A stretch of 64,000 nt of DNA from Selaginella moellendorffii (taxonomy: Eukaryota; Plantae; Lycopodiophyta), in assembly GCF_000143415.4 (NCBI RefSeq), contig NW_003314301.1, positions 1,170,981 to 1,234,980 on the forward strand. Direction: 5' to 3'. Below the pieces are notes generated by a model. The model made no database searches and was not told the origin of the DNA. It worked only from the letters and a program-made list of their open reading frames with translations. Shown here one piece after another: positions 37,284 to 50,480 of the stretch; the first letter of the stretch is position 1, and each line of letters begins with the position of its first letter. Made by a program: the position numbers and the translations under genes.

Positions 37284-40200
37284 ATGTACTTTTACTCCCC
37301 CACTTCCATCCCAAAGGGAAGCCTTAAACCCTTAGGAAAAAGTGAAGACTAATGAGGCCCATACACTCAAATGGGACACCATTTTATGAGTTGGGAGTAT
37401 TGTAATCAATTTCCTTTCTGAGAGTGAGAGTTGTTCTTGAGCACTTTCTCGGGTAGGTTTTCACCTTATAACCTATATTAGTATTCAAATTTGGTCTCAA
37501 ACTCAATTTTGGACTCAACCTCAGACTCAGTTTTGGACTCGACTTTAAAATCGATCTCAGACCCAATCTTGGATCTCGGACTCAACTTCAAACTCAGTGT
37601 CACACTTGGTTTCAAACTCAGTCTTAGAGTTGGTCTTGAAGTCAATTTTAAACTCAATTTCATCCAATGAACTCTTTTTGTTCCGATTATGATTTCAAGA
37701 ATCCTTTAACTTATAACACTTTGGGAAATTATTTTCTTACAACCATAATTTTGAGCCCTACTTGATAGGAGACAAAGGCTTATATGATGACACCATTCAT
37801 AAGTAAGTCTTATGATAAAAGTCCTTTCTGCAACTTCTTACTTTCATTTTCTAGAGTTATCATTGTCCTTTTTTAGTAAAAAAGAATACAATAAAAACAC
37901 CATTGAGCTCAAGTTTTTGGGAGTAGTGTTTTGGACTCTCAAAGCAGATTTTTAGGTGTCTTTACTCTTGACTAAAAACAAAGCCAGCATTTCTACTAAA
38001 TGTTGTAAAAGTATGATATGTTTACATAATCTTCTAATAGATCTTAGAGATGTAAACACAAATGAAAAACTCCGGCACTTGAATGCAAGATGAGGTGAAG
38101 ATAAAAGAATGGAGAGCACATCAAATATAGAGATCCAAAATGTGCTTCTGCTTAGCTAGAAGATTTGATTTTAACACTTACTAGAACTGAAGTATGAAAC
38201 ACTATAGTGTCATATCTTTGTAGTAATTTAAAGATCTAAATAATAACATAGTGTATTTTTTTGATATCCCACCTTTATTTCAATTATAATAATTTGTATT
38301 TTATTAAGATAGTTGTATATGCAAATCAAATTTAACATATTTTCTTATATAAGATATTTATGTTTTAAGTCTGAATAAAATTTATATAAACTAACTTAAG
38401 ATATGTATTTTGTAAATATTTTTTAAGTTAAGTATTAATAAAGAAAACTATATTTTATTTTATTTATAAAACTCTCTCAAACTTTGAAAAAAAATTTATT
38501 CTAAAAATTTTTAAAATTATAACTTTGCCTCTGTGAAGTTTTGAAATTTATAAAATACCCTTACTCAACTCTTCAACACCCCTCAACTAAAATAATCTAA
38601 AATATTTTACTTCTTTTCATATAATTAAGTAAAAATTGTATTTAATTAAATTAAATAAAAAACTAAAATAAATTGGTTATATAACTGTATTGTCAAATAA
38701 AATCAGGGTAGTTAGAAGGTTTGAAAGCCATAAGCACCACAAAAGAAGAAAAAAATCTTTACCTTTCAAAATTCAAGTCTATCGATTGTAGAAATTAAAT
38801 AAGGGAAACAAATTAGTAGCAAAAATAACAATCTTTTGGTATAGATTTTTTATTTTTTTTATATTTATTTTCTTTATCTCATCCTTTATAGATTTCATAA
38901 GTACAAAAAATATAAGGATCTTTTAGAAAGAATGATAACATATCAGAGTGGAAATTATTAGAAAACTAAGAGATGAGTTATAGGATAACAATTGAGTATG
39001 TTATCATTTCAAATTCTAGAGGAGTGTTTTGCAAAATTCTCACTAAAAATGACTTAAATTCTATTTTTAAAATAATATTGAATAAGTATTATCACAACAA
39101 TAGCTTACATGAACAAAATGAAAGAAAGATGGGAAAAAGAATTTTTCCCACCTTGGAACTTCCATAAACAAAGGTGAACTTATAGCTCTATAAATCTTTA
39201 ATCTAAAAATTATTTGATATTTTTTCTATTACATAAAAATGAAGTTAAATATTTTAATGATAATTTTAATTATATGAAGACATTCAAATCAACTTTATAA
39301 AATAAAAAATTAAACATTTTAACACAAATTTTGGAAATAAAGCTGCATTGAATTAAAGTGTGAGCAGAAATAGGAATAAAATAATGAAAATTGAACTTTA
39401 TAAATAAATATAATTGAATAACAATTCTTACTTTAATAAATACAATATATAAATAAATTATTTTTAATAAGAAGTATATATATGGCAAGTGCTTTATGCT
39501 CATAGACTTAGGGAAAAAATGGAAAATAAAATTATAAAAATCCAGTTTGAAATAATTTTTGATTCTTTATGTGAAACTAAAGAGTGTTCTTTCCTTGCTA
39601 TTTTAGCTTCTCATGTTAGTTGAAAATGGATTCACAAGTCATTATTAAAGTCTCTAGTAAATTATCCATTTAGAGAGAGAGAGAGCAAGGATCATCATCC
39701 TATAAAGATGAAGTACCAAAAACTAATAAAGTGTGAAGTACCAAAAACTAAAGATAAAGAGAACATGAACTATAAATACTTGACAATTTTCCATTGAAAT
39801 TGGACCATTAAATAAACTATAAGCCCAAATATTACTATTTACCTCCATTTCTTTCCTTAACAAAGCCCCTGAAAGAGACAATTTCATTGCAGCTCTCACA
39901 TTTTGTGCATGGGGCATACAAAGTGTATACAACATATGTATTGCCTTTTAATAATATGTATGCACCCTTTTGACACAACCACAATGATGTCATGCAAGTA
40001 CAAGAATGCAATCTAATACAGTTTCTTTTTGTTTCATTTCATTAGGGTTTTGAAAGCAACAATAATGCTTGGGTTTCTTGGTCACACTTTTAGCAACTCG
40101 ATCAAGGAAACACTTCTCTCTTCCTCTTTGCATACAAACAATCATAGGAGGTGTGTTGAGTGTGTTGGGCAATCGTGGGAGGTGCATTGGGTGCTTTGGG

Positions 40201-43200
40201 CAATTGCAGGAGGTGCATTGTGTGAGCAATAATGAGTGACAACAAGCAATGTAGGTGATCATGGTTTTTGCCTTGGCATTGGCAAAGGTGCTAAAATTCA
40301 ATTTGGGTTGATTATGCATCTTGAGGAAAATTTAATAGAGGCCATTGAAGAATGAGCCTTCCTTGATGTGGCTTTTTGGGAGTTTATTTTTAATTAAGTC
40401 ATTGCAAAATTCAAGGAGTTTATTAACAAGAATGTTCCCCAGATGGTTATGACTAATTGCTTAAGCATGGGTTGGGATAATGTTTTGCCCTTGCAAGAGG
40501 AAGCATGACACAAAAAAAGNNNNNNNNNNNNNNNNNNNNNNNNNNNNNNNNNNNNNNNNNNNNNNNNNNNNNNNNNNNNNNNNNNNNNNNNNNNNNNNNN
40601 NNNNNNNNNNNNNNNNNNNCTACTCATCATCTCTCATACTAATATCAATAGGTCTCCTTGAAAACTAAGTATATGGGTTTTGTCCCTATTCAAAGGTTTG
40701 TGTACTTCATCTATTACCAATTCTTGGGATGTCAAATGTTTGTCAAAAATGAGATGCAAGACATTGGCAGGCCAATAATACAAGTGCTCAAAGCTACATT
40801 GAGCCAAGTTCTTTTTTCTTCAAAATAAATACAACAAGGTATTATAGTTTTCAAACTTCTTGCTATGCTCAAAGGCATGTCCTAATACTATATATAGTTG
40901 ATGTTCTCATATTTTGTATCTTTTTGTCAAAATTGCAAGTCAAGAGTAAAATCATAGTGCTTTTATTGCATGCAATATGTAACAAATACTTCATTTTTTA
41001 GAGGGATCTGCACTTTTATACTCCTTTCACTTGGAATGATATGGATTCCAAGCTAGAGATATCCTAAGTCAATAGAGAATGAGTGAGTGGCTTAGAGGAT
41101 ACATCCCACTTCTATCGGCTATTAAGATAGGGCCAAAGTACCATGAGATGTTGGAAGTGGCAAAGTGCATCACATTCTCTTTCCTGAGTCTAAGATTGTG
41201 GCAAGGGCATTGCAATATCATTGACAATATATCTAAACTGTGACTTGCAACTTGATCTTCTTTCATAGTAAAGTGGCACTGACATTCACAACAAAGTGTA
41301 AATTTCTAAACATAAACTTTTTGGAAGGTCACTTAACCAGAAACACCGGGTGTAATGAGTTTTTTATTTAATAGTAATGCAGTGACTATAATTGAGATAT
41401 TGCATACTTTTTATGAAGCAGTATAGCACTTGCAACTCCTTCATGTAAACAACAAAAAAAAAAAAACTTGAGAGAAATAATCTATTAAAGTTCAAATTGA
41501 GGGGTGTGCTCCTCAATTATACAATCTAGAAGCACTATAAGGATGCAAAGTAATTCAATTACACACTCTAGTATGCTATCAAGAATTGCATGGTTTTTAG
41601 AGAGTGTTGAGAGAGAAGAAATCTATAGCTTGAGTGAGGTAGTATAAGTAGCAACATGTTTTGACAAAGCTTACATGACAATGTTTTTGTGCAGACTAAA
41701 TATAAAGTGTAAGTAAATTTATATTATGAATATTCTGAATACACAGATATGCATGTGTCCCTTTCCTTGATAGTTTGGGGGGATGTTGTAATAAACTCCA
41801 AATAACTCATCTGTGAGTATATAGTGTAATACCATTTTCTAATCAAAATAAGAACTTCCAACATTGTTTTTAAATTTTTGGTTTTAAATGCAATATCAAG
41901 AAGTTGTATGTATTTTTGGAACATAAAAGCTGCAACTCAATCTCCAACATATATACATATTGTCCATGTGTAAGGGGGTGGGGTTTTTGAACACGACACT
42001 GTTTTGCAATTCAATGACTTTCAATGTTGGCAGTGGTATTAAACTAGAGAATCTTAAATTAGGAGTATATAAGTGCAATGTAGCTTATGCTTGTTTGGTT
42101 GGAACTTTCAAGTGGGCACATGTGTAGGACAGTAGCTATGCCTCTGTGTGACCGTGCACACCATGCATAACATAGTCTTGAAGTATCATGCCACATTGCA
42201 CCATATCTCCCTTCATAAGTGGCCAATTCACTAAGAACACACACAATAAGACACTGTTAAGAACTTGGATGATGTGATATAAAATGTTGAAGGGTATGAA
42301 ACTAGGGCATGTGATTTCAATCTTTGTTTTGTCCTTGTCCTTTCCTTTTCCTTCCCACTTGTGTCTTCATTCCTCATAATGGAGCATTGATATCCCTCAC
42401 AATGATTGGGGATCTTAACAAACACACACATTCTCAAAGAGGCCCTTTTACCTAGTCTTACATTGATGAACCATATAGAAAATAATTTCACTTATACATT
42501 CATTAGATCTAGTTTGATCTTGTTAAACTTCCTTGCCCAATCACAACACATACGTTTTGGCCTCCCATGCTTCACAATGGCTCTGCATAGTAGTTGGCTC
42601 TTTCTTGTTCATTGCAATAAACATGCTTGTGAGTACCTATATGGTAAGAAAACAGAACTATAACCAAGGGAATCATATATGTTGAACTAGTAGATAATGC
42701 CTTATAAATAAAGTCCCAAAGGCTCTAACTTATAGTACACTACACAAACTAGTGATAATTGTTTCATACAAAGAAAAAGGGATGGAATTTATTATCAATA
42801 CACCATAACTCCATTGTTGTCTCAACATTTTGGATGTGGGGAATTGGCCTGAGTCTCTAGTGTCAAACTCACTCAGAACAAATACCTGTCAATACAACTC
42901 TTAGGATGGCACGGCTTACTCAATGGCCTGCATCAGAAATTTCCCAAGTCATGAAGTTCTTTTATTATGGGAGAATTCAGCAAAGAAGTGACTCTACCTC
43001 TTGCACACTCTTCATGGAATATACACCTTTCCAGGTTATAGATTTCAAGTAGCAATGCAAGTGGCTCCATTCCACCTGTTTGCAAGATCACTCATCTAGT
43101 AACAATTTTGCAGTGATCCATGCAATATTCTTTGTATTTGCTAGAAGAATATCAAGAACTAGTATAACCATTCCCAAAGTATATGCTAAACTAGTTATAA

Positions 43201-43344
43201 TTTTATTTTATAGGAAGTGTTAAAATTTGAAAAACCACATTAGCAGGCTTGCTGTGCTCGAGAAAGTTCACAAGAGAGAATGGCAATGTGATGATCATTT
43301 GCATGCCATGTTGATGTATGCATCCACTGGATTAATGACCAGCC

Positions 43345-43860
43345 CTGAAAACTTCACTGCAGTTTAGCAGCTCTTTGGTTTCTGGGGTGGATCCCCCCAA
43401 GCGGTGTATGCTCTGGACGGGTTGTGCTAGTTCCAGGCATCTTTGCTTGAGGTCAGGAAGGGCTTGGACATCATTGGAGCTTTGAGACAAGACCTAGAAC
43501 ACTTCAGCTATATCTTCCATCCCGAGCCTTTGGAACTGGAGTATAACCATGGTTTGTGTGTCTGCACACGTAAAGAAGGCACTGAGATAAATGCCTAGGT
43601 TTAGCCATATGAAGATCAGATGGATTACATCAAGGATAACTAGAACAATGGAAGTTTGCATTCCTCATGGCATCACGAGAGGCACTCTTTGAAAGATCAA
43701 GGATATACTACATGGCTAAGGATTGTTCAGGCTCACCAGATTCTTGCAGTGATGCTAGCGATGTTGCAGATAACTTGGAGAGCCAGGCACGATGCACTGC
43801 TGCAACATGTCCAAAGACAAATTTTGAGAGGAACATTTGATTTGTGTTCTAGATGAGATT
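43345..43860 (+). pseudogene. Decayed, inverted partial copy of the Crinkler-like gene at 48801-50423
   Basis: Encodes FTAV*QLFGFWGGSP, YEDQMDYIKDN and RARHDALLQHVQ, all matching the intact ORF. Contains stops and deletions. Confidence 0.85.
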
Positions 43861-44279
43861 GTTAAGAAATGTGATGAAAAGTAAAATTTTTAGTAGATGT
43901 CTTCTCCAATTGTTCACAATGAACCATACTCATCATATTTTAGTGGATACCAAGGGAAACCCAAGTCCTTTGGTGTTAGGATAGTTTCTGAACTTCCATA
44001 GAGGTGAACACATTGTCAAAGCTCCCATTTATGTTGCATAGCTTTCTTAAATTTACAATTGTTTATCAAAAAAAAAACCTGATGGAGTTTCATTTGGGGC
44101 CACTAATGTTTTTTTTTAATGCCGTCCACATAAAGAAAACACACAATAAAACTGTTAAAATCAACTCCCATGCAACATAACACTTTACTCTTCCATATGA
44201 TTTTATCCTTGATCATCTCCAATGGTATTAAGTCAATGATCTCTACATCCATCACAAGGAAGTGGACTATAATCTCTTC

Positions 44280-46600
44280 CCAGCTCTAATGCCTTCAAAA
44301 AAAGATTGAAGTAAAGCAATCAGAAAATATTATTTTACCTTGTGAGCTCCCTAAATGCTATTTCTGACACTTCAGATGCATTTGTTTGCCTTCTTTCCAT
44401 CAAGTATGCAATCATGTCCATTAGATGAGGCCAAGTTATATAATGTTGCACCATACAAGCATCTAAAAACAGGAACAATGATCTCTTCCTATCTCGATTC
44501 TTGATCAATAAAATCCTGCTTTAGAACCTCCTACATACTTAATATCGAGGAAGATATGAAAAACATTCTTACTTCAAACTTAAGAATGTTTTTGCTATCC
44601 TTAGCCAATGTCTCTAAGAGCTTTTCTTGGGAAAACAATGCTATGTTAAGCTGGCCAACGAAAATAAAATGTACGGAGCTCACCATGGATGTAGTAAGCT
44701 GAATTACTCAATGCAATAGAGAATAGAACATAGAGATCACCTGGATATAAGACTCCCAGTTCATCCTAGGAATAATCACATCTAGTGAAGAAGAGCAGCT
44801 TGACAGACACCTGCTGTTGAAATCCACCTTAGTCAAAACAAATAAGTTTTTGAAACAAATATTGTACCTTTATCCACTTCTTTACTTGTCCTCGAGGATC
44901 AATCCAAAGCGACCACCTCTTGTTAATGATGCTGTTGTCTAATAGAAAACCCGTCATTCAGTATCAAGTCTACAGGATTGCCCAGAACTGTGATCAGCTT
45001 GAAGGTCCTACAACAAGGGATGTCCTTTTCCTTGCACATCTTTAGCCAGGTATCAAGTAGTCTCTCCCAATAAGCTAGCTTCACAGCTCCAAAGTAAGCA
45101 GCCTACTATTGCTAATCTTGCTTAGTCTTCGCCTTTGTTGACTATCTAAATTTTGCTTGGTCTTCGCCTTGGACATTTCCAGCATGAAGAGTAAAATCAT
45201 GAGGAGTAAAATCACGCCTCTCACCTTCCGACAGTCTTGAACGTCCGATTCTAGCTGCACCTTATTAGTTTCCATCAGGTCAAGCTGTTTCTGAATCTTT
45301 CCGAGTTTCTCTATGTGCCTCAACATTTCCTTCTTTGCTATTTGAAACTCATCCGTGGCTTCTTGTAGCTTCGTCCGCTTTGGTGCAACAACCTGTATGA
45401 AAGAGAAGCAATGAGAAAAGAAGCTTGCAAATGTGATCCTTGACGAAACTTGGCCACTTTATCGTAGCTTCCGTTGCTCACCATATCTCATCAATTATTA
45501 CCTTATTTTTGTCATACTCATTCAGTGATGGAAGTTTGGTCGTAACTGCAAGTGTCTGTTGAGCAAGACCTCAATAGTCCTCGATTTTCTTTCCCGGTCA
45601 GATATTCTCCTTGACTTAACCTGTCAAAGTCTTCTTAGTTCAGTATGTAAAAGTAAAAGTACATGGACTCTTACCTGCAAGCAACAGGCTATGTTCACAT
45701 ACGCCGGTGGATCTTTGACTTCTGTAATATTTGTGAGTGTCCAACGCACAGAGAGCAGCTTCCAGTATTGGGAGAGCCTAGCAATCGCGATGGATACTTA
45801 CCACAGTCAGCTCTGATTCACAAGTTCCTTCGGCGTCCTTCTGATCTCTGAAGACGAAAACAGTAGCATTATCACCTTCAGACTTCTTCCTGCAACGTTC
45901 ATTCACTCAACACAAAGGAAAAAGGAAGCAAGAAAGACAGAGAAAAGAGACAAACCTTCAGGTCCTCTATCCATTCCATAGAGCTGCTCATTTGTATCTG
46001 GAACAGCATATAACTCGCCATGGACGTGGCCAGTTTAGTGAGAGATTGGCGGCCTACTCCTTCCACTCCTACTAGCAAAGCATTTCCATAAGGTTGTCGA
46101 AGAATTTGACTGATGTGCTGGGCAGCATACGCGAAAAGAACCAAGTCAAGAGGATTTCTTGTTTGAGAGTTGAACTCAGCGAGTTGCTCCTCCATAATTG
46201 ATGCATCATATATTTCTTCATACCTGTGAAAGAGTTGCTTAACCGGAATGCGGAATGCCAACAAAGATTGCAATGCATACATACCTCTTCGGAAAGTTTG
46301 TCGTATCCATTTCGCCAAACATTACGTTTCGGATGGAATCGGCATCATCATAGCCAAAAACGTAGTCGCATTTGAGCTGCAAACGAGACTCAATCCTGTT
46401 TTGAACGTACTTGCGGTTCTCGTCACAGATTAGCCACTCTGGTGGCGTAGGCAGTTGCTCCTTATGTTGGATAGGACGATAAATGTCGATCGTCGCAAGA
46501 ACAAGAAGGTTCAAAATGCCACTTAGCATGAAGCACGCTGCTAGAAAGTAAAATGAGACAACTTACAGCATCTCCTGGATATAAGACTCCCATTTCGTCC
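44280..46600 (-). pseudogene. Axonemal dynein heavy chain fragment (AAA3/AAA4, stalk, AAA5), degenerate
   Basis: LDLVLFAYAAQHISQILRQPYGNALLVGVEGVGRQSLTKLA (AAA4 P-loop region), VVAPKRTKLQEA (stalk coiled coil), IINKRWSLWIDPRGQ (AAA5). Only about 2.3 kb, with deletions. Confidence 0.82.
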
Positions 46601-47468
46601 CAAGAAGAGCATCTAGCAAAGGAAGTACCTGAAAAGAAGTGGTCTAGTTGTGTCAGTGTTGCAGAACTACAATAGACATCACCTGAATCTAAGAGTTTCC
46701 GGAAAGGATCGCATCTATCCAAGAAAGCAAGACTTAGCTCAAAGGCATGGTCGATCCTGGTATCCGTCAGATCCTCGTGGCCTTCTTTCCATGGAATTAG
46801 ATATCCGTTCTCAAATCCGAAAACTTGCAGGAAAACTCACCCCGAGCACCGGAAAGAGCTGGAACAACGTCAGCGTTGTTCTGGGGATTTCCAATGTCGT
46901 TTTCATCTCTAGATCGGGCCTTCCGGAGGGAAAAGCGTCACACAACTCTCTAAATACCTCTTCTTCCAGCGCTGTGAGATGGCTCATGCTTTCTCCCATT
47001 CCAGCGACGAAAGATTGATGCGCCGCAAGGTGCATTCTTTCCGAAAGAACCAGCTGCCGTGGGGATGATTGGCTATGGTAGTAAAGAAGAATCAATCGCT
47101 TACCCTTGTCTGAAAGGCGGCGACTTCAGGGCTGCGCCGGGGATTTCCGATGCCGCATTCTTCTTTATCGCTAGATCGGGTCGAGTTCTTCCCGATCCGA
47201 GGGAAAATCGTCACAAAGATCAAAATCAAGGAAATCTCGGAATACCTCTTCCTCCAGGGTCTCGATATCTCGATTCGTCACTCCTTCCATTCTTTTTCGC
47301 GAAAGATTGATGTGCATTGCGCCGGAGAGAAGTGGTGCTCGACAAGTAAAGCCCTAAACCCATGAACCGTTTGGAGGGAACCTTTTTGTGTTTAAATTAA
47401 ATTATCCGCAAAGTTAATAAAGTAGCTATTAATTATGAACAATCTAGGTTTTGAGAAATTAGTGTGCT

Positions 47469-48900
47469 ATGGACACGAAGGCGGAGAGGGCTTTGGCGTG
47501 GAAGAAGAGGATGGCTTTGATGATGGAGAGGGAGAAGGCGCTGGGTGCGCTGCAGAACATCTACGTATGCGATCGCCTGGCCCAAGATCTCATCAATCAT
47601 CCGCAGACGCAGGAATTGGGCGCCTGGGCGGACAAGAAGAAATCATCGACCGCCCTCTACTGCCTCGGCAATCACAAACTGGGCAGGCAGGAGGAGATGC
47701 TGGGATGGGGGATCTGGGAAGCAATGTGTGGGTCCAATGCCATAACCCGCAAGGCTCCATACTTTCTTCGCGCTCTTGGATTTGGGGAAGAGGAGCTGGG
47801 CGACGAGGAGCTGCTGGATGCGATGGAAGTGTTCATGCACGCGTCTTGCCTCACCACTCTTCCCGAAGGGCCGTGCTTTAGCACCAGCGTTGTGTTTGTG
47901 ACGGGGAGCCAGCGTTTCTACCAAGCTCTGGCGCGGGACGAAAACTCTTGGAGGAAGATGAGCCTGCTCATCACTTACGAGCTCCACGTCTGTGCTTCGC
48001 CTTACAGTGCAAACGATCGGGTCTGGCCCATTCTTCCCGACCACACCGAGCCCGTGGAGCAGTGTATCATACCCGGTGCCAAACGAAGCAAGAAGATCCC
48101 GGAGTAAAAGCTTTCCAATCTCTCTTCTTCTTTTTTCATGCGTTTTTATGTTTTTCTCAGGTTTGGAACTCCCTTTCGTGTTCCCTGTCCAACCATCAGC
48201 CAACTCTACAGTGGCGAATACAGTCGATTTCCATGGTAAGCGTTTTCAGTCGATTTCATGGCAAGTTTTTTCCACCACCTTCTCACAGGCTTCATGAGCT
48301 GCTGGATGTTTACGACCAGGCCAAGCTTGATCTTCCTGCAGAAGCTGCTTCTCATAGAGTAAGAGTTTCTGGCTTTGCTACACTTTCTAGAGCCCTGGAA
48401 ACTCAAAGCTCTGTGTGTTTTTGTAGGAATACCCTGCATACGTCGCCAAGCTCGAGCAAAGTTCTTCTTCCTGTGATCAGCGACTTTTGAGCAAGCTCTT
48501 GAAGATCCAGAAATTGAATCCAGGCGGCGTTGAGGCTGGATGTGCTACCACTTGATTTCCGAGCGGACAAGGTATGGATTGATCGATCTAGAGAACCTCC
48601 TCTTCTTCCCCCTTTTGTACTTTGGTAGGCGCGAAGAATGCTAGTATATACTGGTATAATGGATTAAGGTTTCTTCTAAGAAATCTCGTCCAAGTGGACA
48701 AGCGATCTTTTAAAAACATAATGCGATATTACAGGCGAGTGCGATCTCTAACCAGTATCAAAAAATATAGTATTAAGATTTATTTTAAAATTGAAAAAAA
48801 TTAACAATACTTTTTGCAAACTTTTATGGGTAATCTTTCAAGCTTTGAAAATTGCAAGAACCGCAAAATTAGAAGAGGAAAATCGGCTGAAATCCCCACA
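47469..48900 (+). CDS. Multi-exon gene of unknown function
   Basis: GC-rich 212-aa first ORF followed by GT-AG introns and short exons; telo-box-like AAGCCCTAAACCC upstream. The 3' end is uncertain and no family was recognised. Confidence 0.45.
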
Positions 48901-50423
48901 ACGCTCACTTGGCACGGCCATTCCATCTGCACCTGTCCCCACACCAGCCTCTGCATTGGATACTCGTCAAACATCTCATCCGGAACCAAATACACGAATC
49001 GAGTGTTCCTCCCAAACTTCACCACTGCATCTTGGACGTGCTGCAGCAGCGCATCGTGCCTAGCTCTCCGGGTTATCCGAAACATCACCGCAGATCCATC
49101 ACGAAGCACTCCCACCGCATCGTAGCAAGAACTCGGCGAGCCTGGACAATCCTCGGCCACGAAGTATCCCGACTTCCCCGCGATGATATCTCCAGCCTTC
49201 CGGAAGAGCACAACGTTGCCACCAAAGTCGAAACTCTCCAAGCCAGCCACAGCACCCGGATCCAATCGCCTGGAACGAAACTGGAGCTTCTTCACATCCC
49301 GCGACGCCAGGAGGCAATGCACGAGGTACGCAAACTTCCGGCCGACAATAGCAGCGTTGTCCGAGATGAGCTTGTTGTCCTTGATGTAATCCATCTGATC
49401 TTCATACGGCTCACCCTCGGCACCGATCCCCAGCGTCTTCTCTACGTGCGCGGACGCACAAACCACGGTCGCCACCTTGTACTCCGGATCCAAAGGCTCG
49501 AGATGGAAGATATGGCTGAAACGTTCCGGGTCTCGTCTCAAAGCTCCAGCGATGTCCAAACGCTTCTCCTTCCTGGCCTCGAGCAAAGCAGCCTGGAACT
49601 GGCACAACCAGTCCGGATCATCGGCTCTGTCCAGCACCGCTCGAGGGGATCCACCCCAGAAACCAAACAGCTGCTCGACCGCGGTGAAATCTCCAGGGCT
49701 GTTCAGCAATCCAGCGGAGGCGTACAGCACCGCGAGCTCGCAGACGTCCCACGGCGGCATGCAAACGATCATCGCGTTGCCATTCTCTCTCGCGAACTTC
49801 CTTGAATACTTGACTTCGTCCCAGCCGGAGGAGAAGACGATCGCGTGGCTGAAGGCGTGCTGCGGTCGAAGGAGAGGAGCATTGCAGAGATAGACGGTGT
49901 CTTGCGTTCGCTGAGAATCGAATGACCCCACGACCCCTTCCACAACTTGGCTGCCTCGAAAGAAATAGCTCAAACCGGAAGAACTCTCGCAGGATTCTTC
50001 CCAGATCACCTGCCTGTTCGCGAAATCCGGATGGATCCTCAGCTGTGTGAGCAAGTAGTAGCCAAAGGACGTCATTCCCGTGCCTGGCGATCCCCCGATG
50101 ATCAAGTGATCGATCGAGCTATCGCCTCTGCGAGACTTCACTCTACCGGAGAGAATGTCGATCACCAGAGAGGCGAATTCGCGGTAAACGCTCCGGACTA
50201 GCAGCTTGTTTCTCTTGGACTGGAGAAAAGAAACCCCTGGCTTGAGCGTCACCGTGTCGAGCTCTATGTGGACTCGCTCGAGCTGTGCTTCTGGCGGTGT
50301 GGAGACTTTGATCGAAGGCGTGATGGATTCCCTTGGGACAAGACACACGCACCGGGTTGTAGTCGCGATCGGGATGGATTCCCAGAAGCGCCTGACGTGC
50401 TCCTCCGCGTTCCACCGCTCCAT
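48801..50423 (-). CDS. Crinkler/RHS-like protein (P-loop NTPase plus restriction-endonuclease-fold C-terminal domain)
   Basis: Uninterrupted 540-aa ORF with LLVRSVY, a Walker-A-like IIGGSPGTGMTSFGYYLL, CMPPWDVCEL, WGGSPR and a REase-like YDAV..VMFRIT...HD. This is the motif order of CR-NTPase+REase proteins. Confidence 0.72.
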   Translation of the reverse strand: MERWNAEEHVRRFWESIPIATTTRCVCLVPRESITPSIKVSTPPEAQLERVHIELDTVTLKPGVSFLQSKRNKLLVRSVYREFASLVIDILSGRVKSRRGDSSIDHLIIGGSPGTGMTSFGYYLLTQLRIHPDFANRQVIWEESCESSSGLSYFFRGSQVVEGVVGSFDSQRTQDTVYLCNAPLLRPQHAFSHAIVFSSGWDEVKYSRKFARENGNAMIVCMPPWDVCELAVLYASAGLLNSPGDFTAVEQLFGFWGGSPRAVLDRADDPDWLCQFQAALLEARKEKRLDIAGALRRDPERFSHIFHLEPLDPEYKVATVVCASAHVEKTLGIGAEGEPYEDQMDYIKDNKLISDNAAIVGRKFAYLVHCLLASRDVKKLQFRSRRLDPGAVAGLESFDFGGNVVLFRKAGDIIAGKSGYFVAEDCPGSPSSCYDAVGVLRDGSAVMFRITRRARHDALLQHVQDAVVKFGRNTRFVYLVPDEMFDEYPMQRLVWGQVQMEWPCQVSVVGISADFPLLILRFLQFSKLERLPIKVCKKYC

Positions 50424-50480
50424 CGCCTTAAACCCTACATTTTGAAGAACCCTAAATCTCTATCTTAGGGTTCTTGGGCA
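50424..50480. promoter_or_regulatory. Very short divergent intergenic region with telo-box-like motifs
   Basis: AAACCCTAC, AACCCTAA and TTAGGGTT within the 57 bp between two oppositely oriented start codons. Confidence 0.55.

Noticed and set aside
38000-43300. Very AT-rich tract with faint retroelement-like traces
   Set aside because: Too decayed to assign a family or boundaries by eye.
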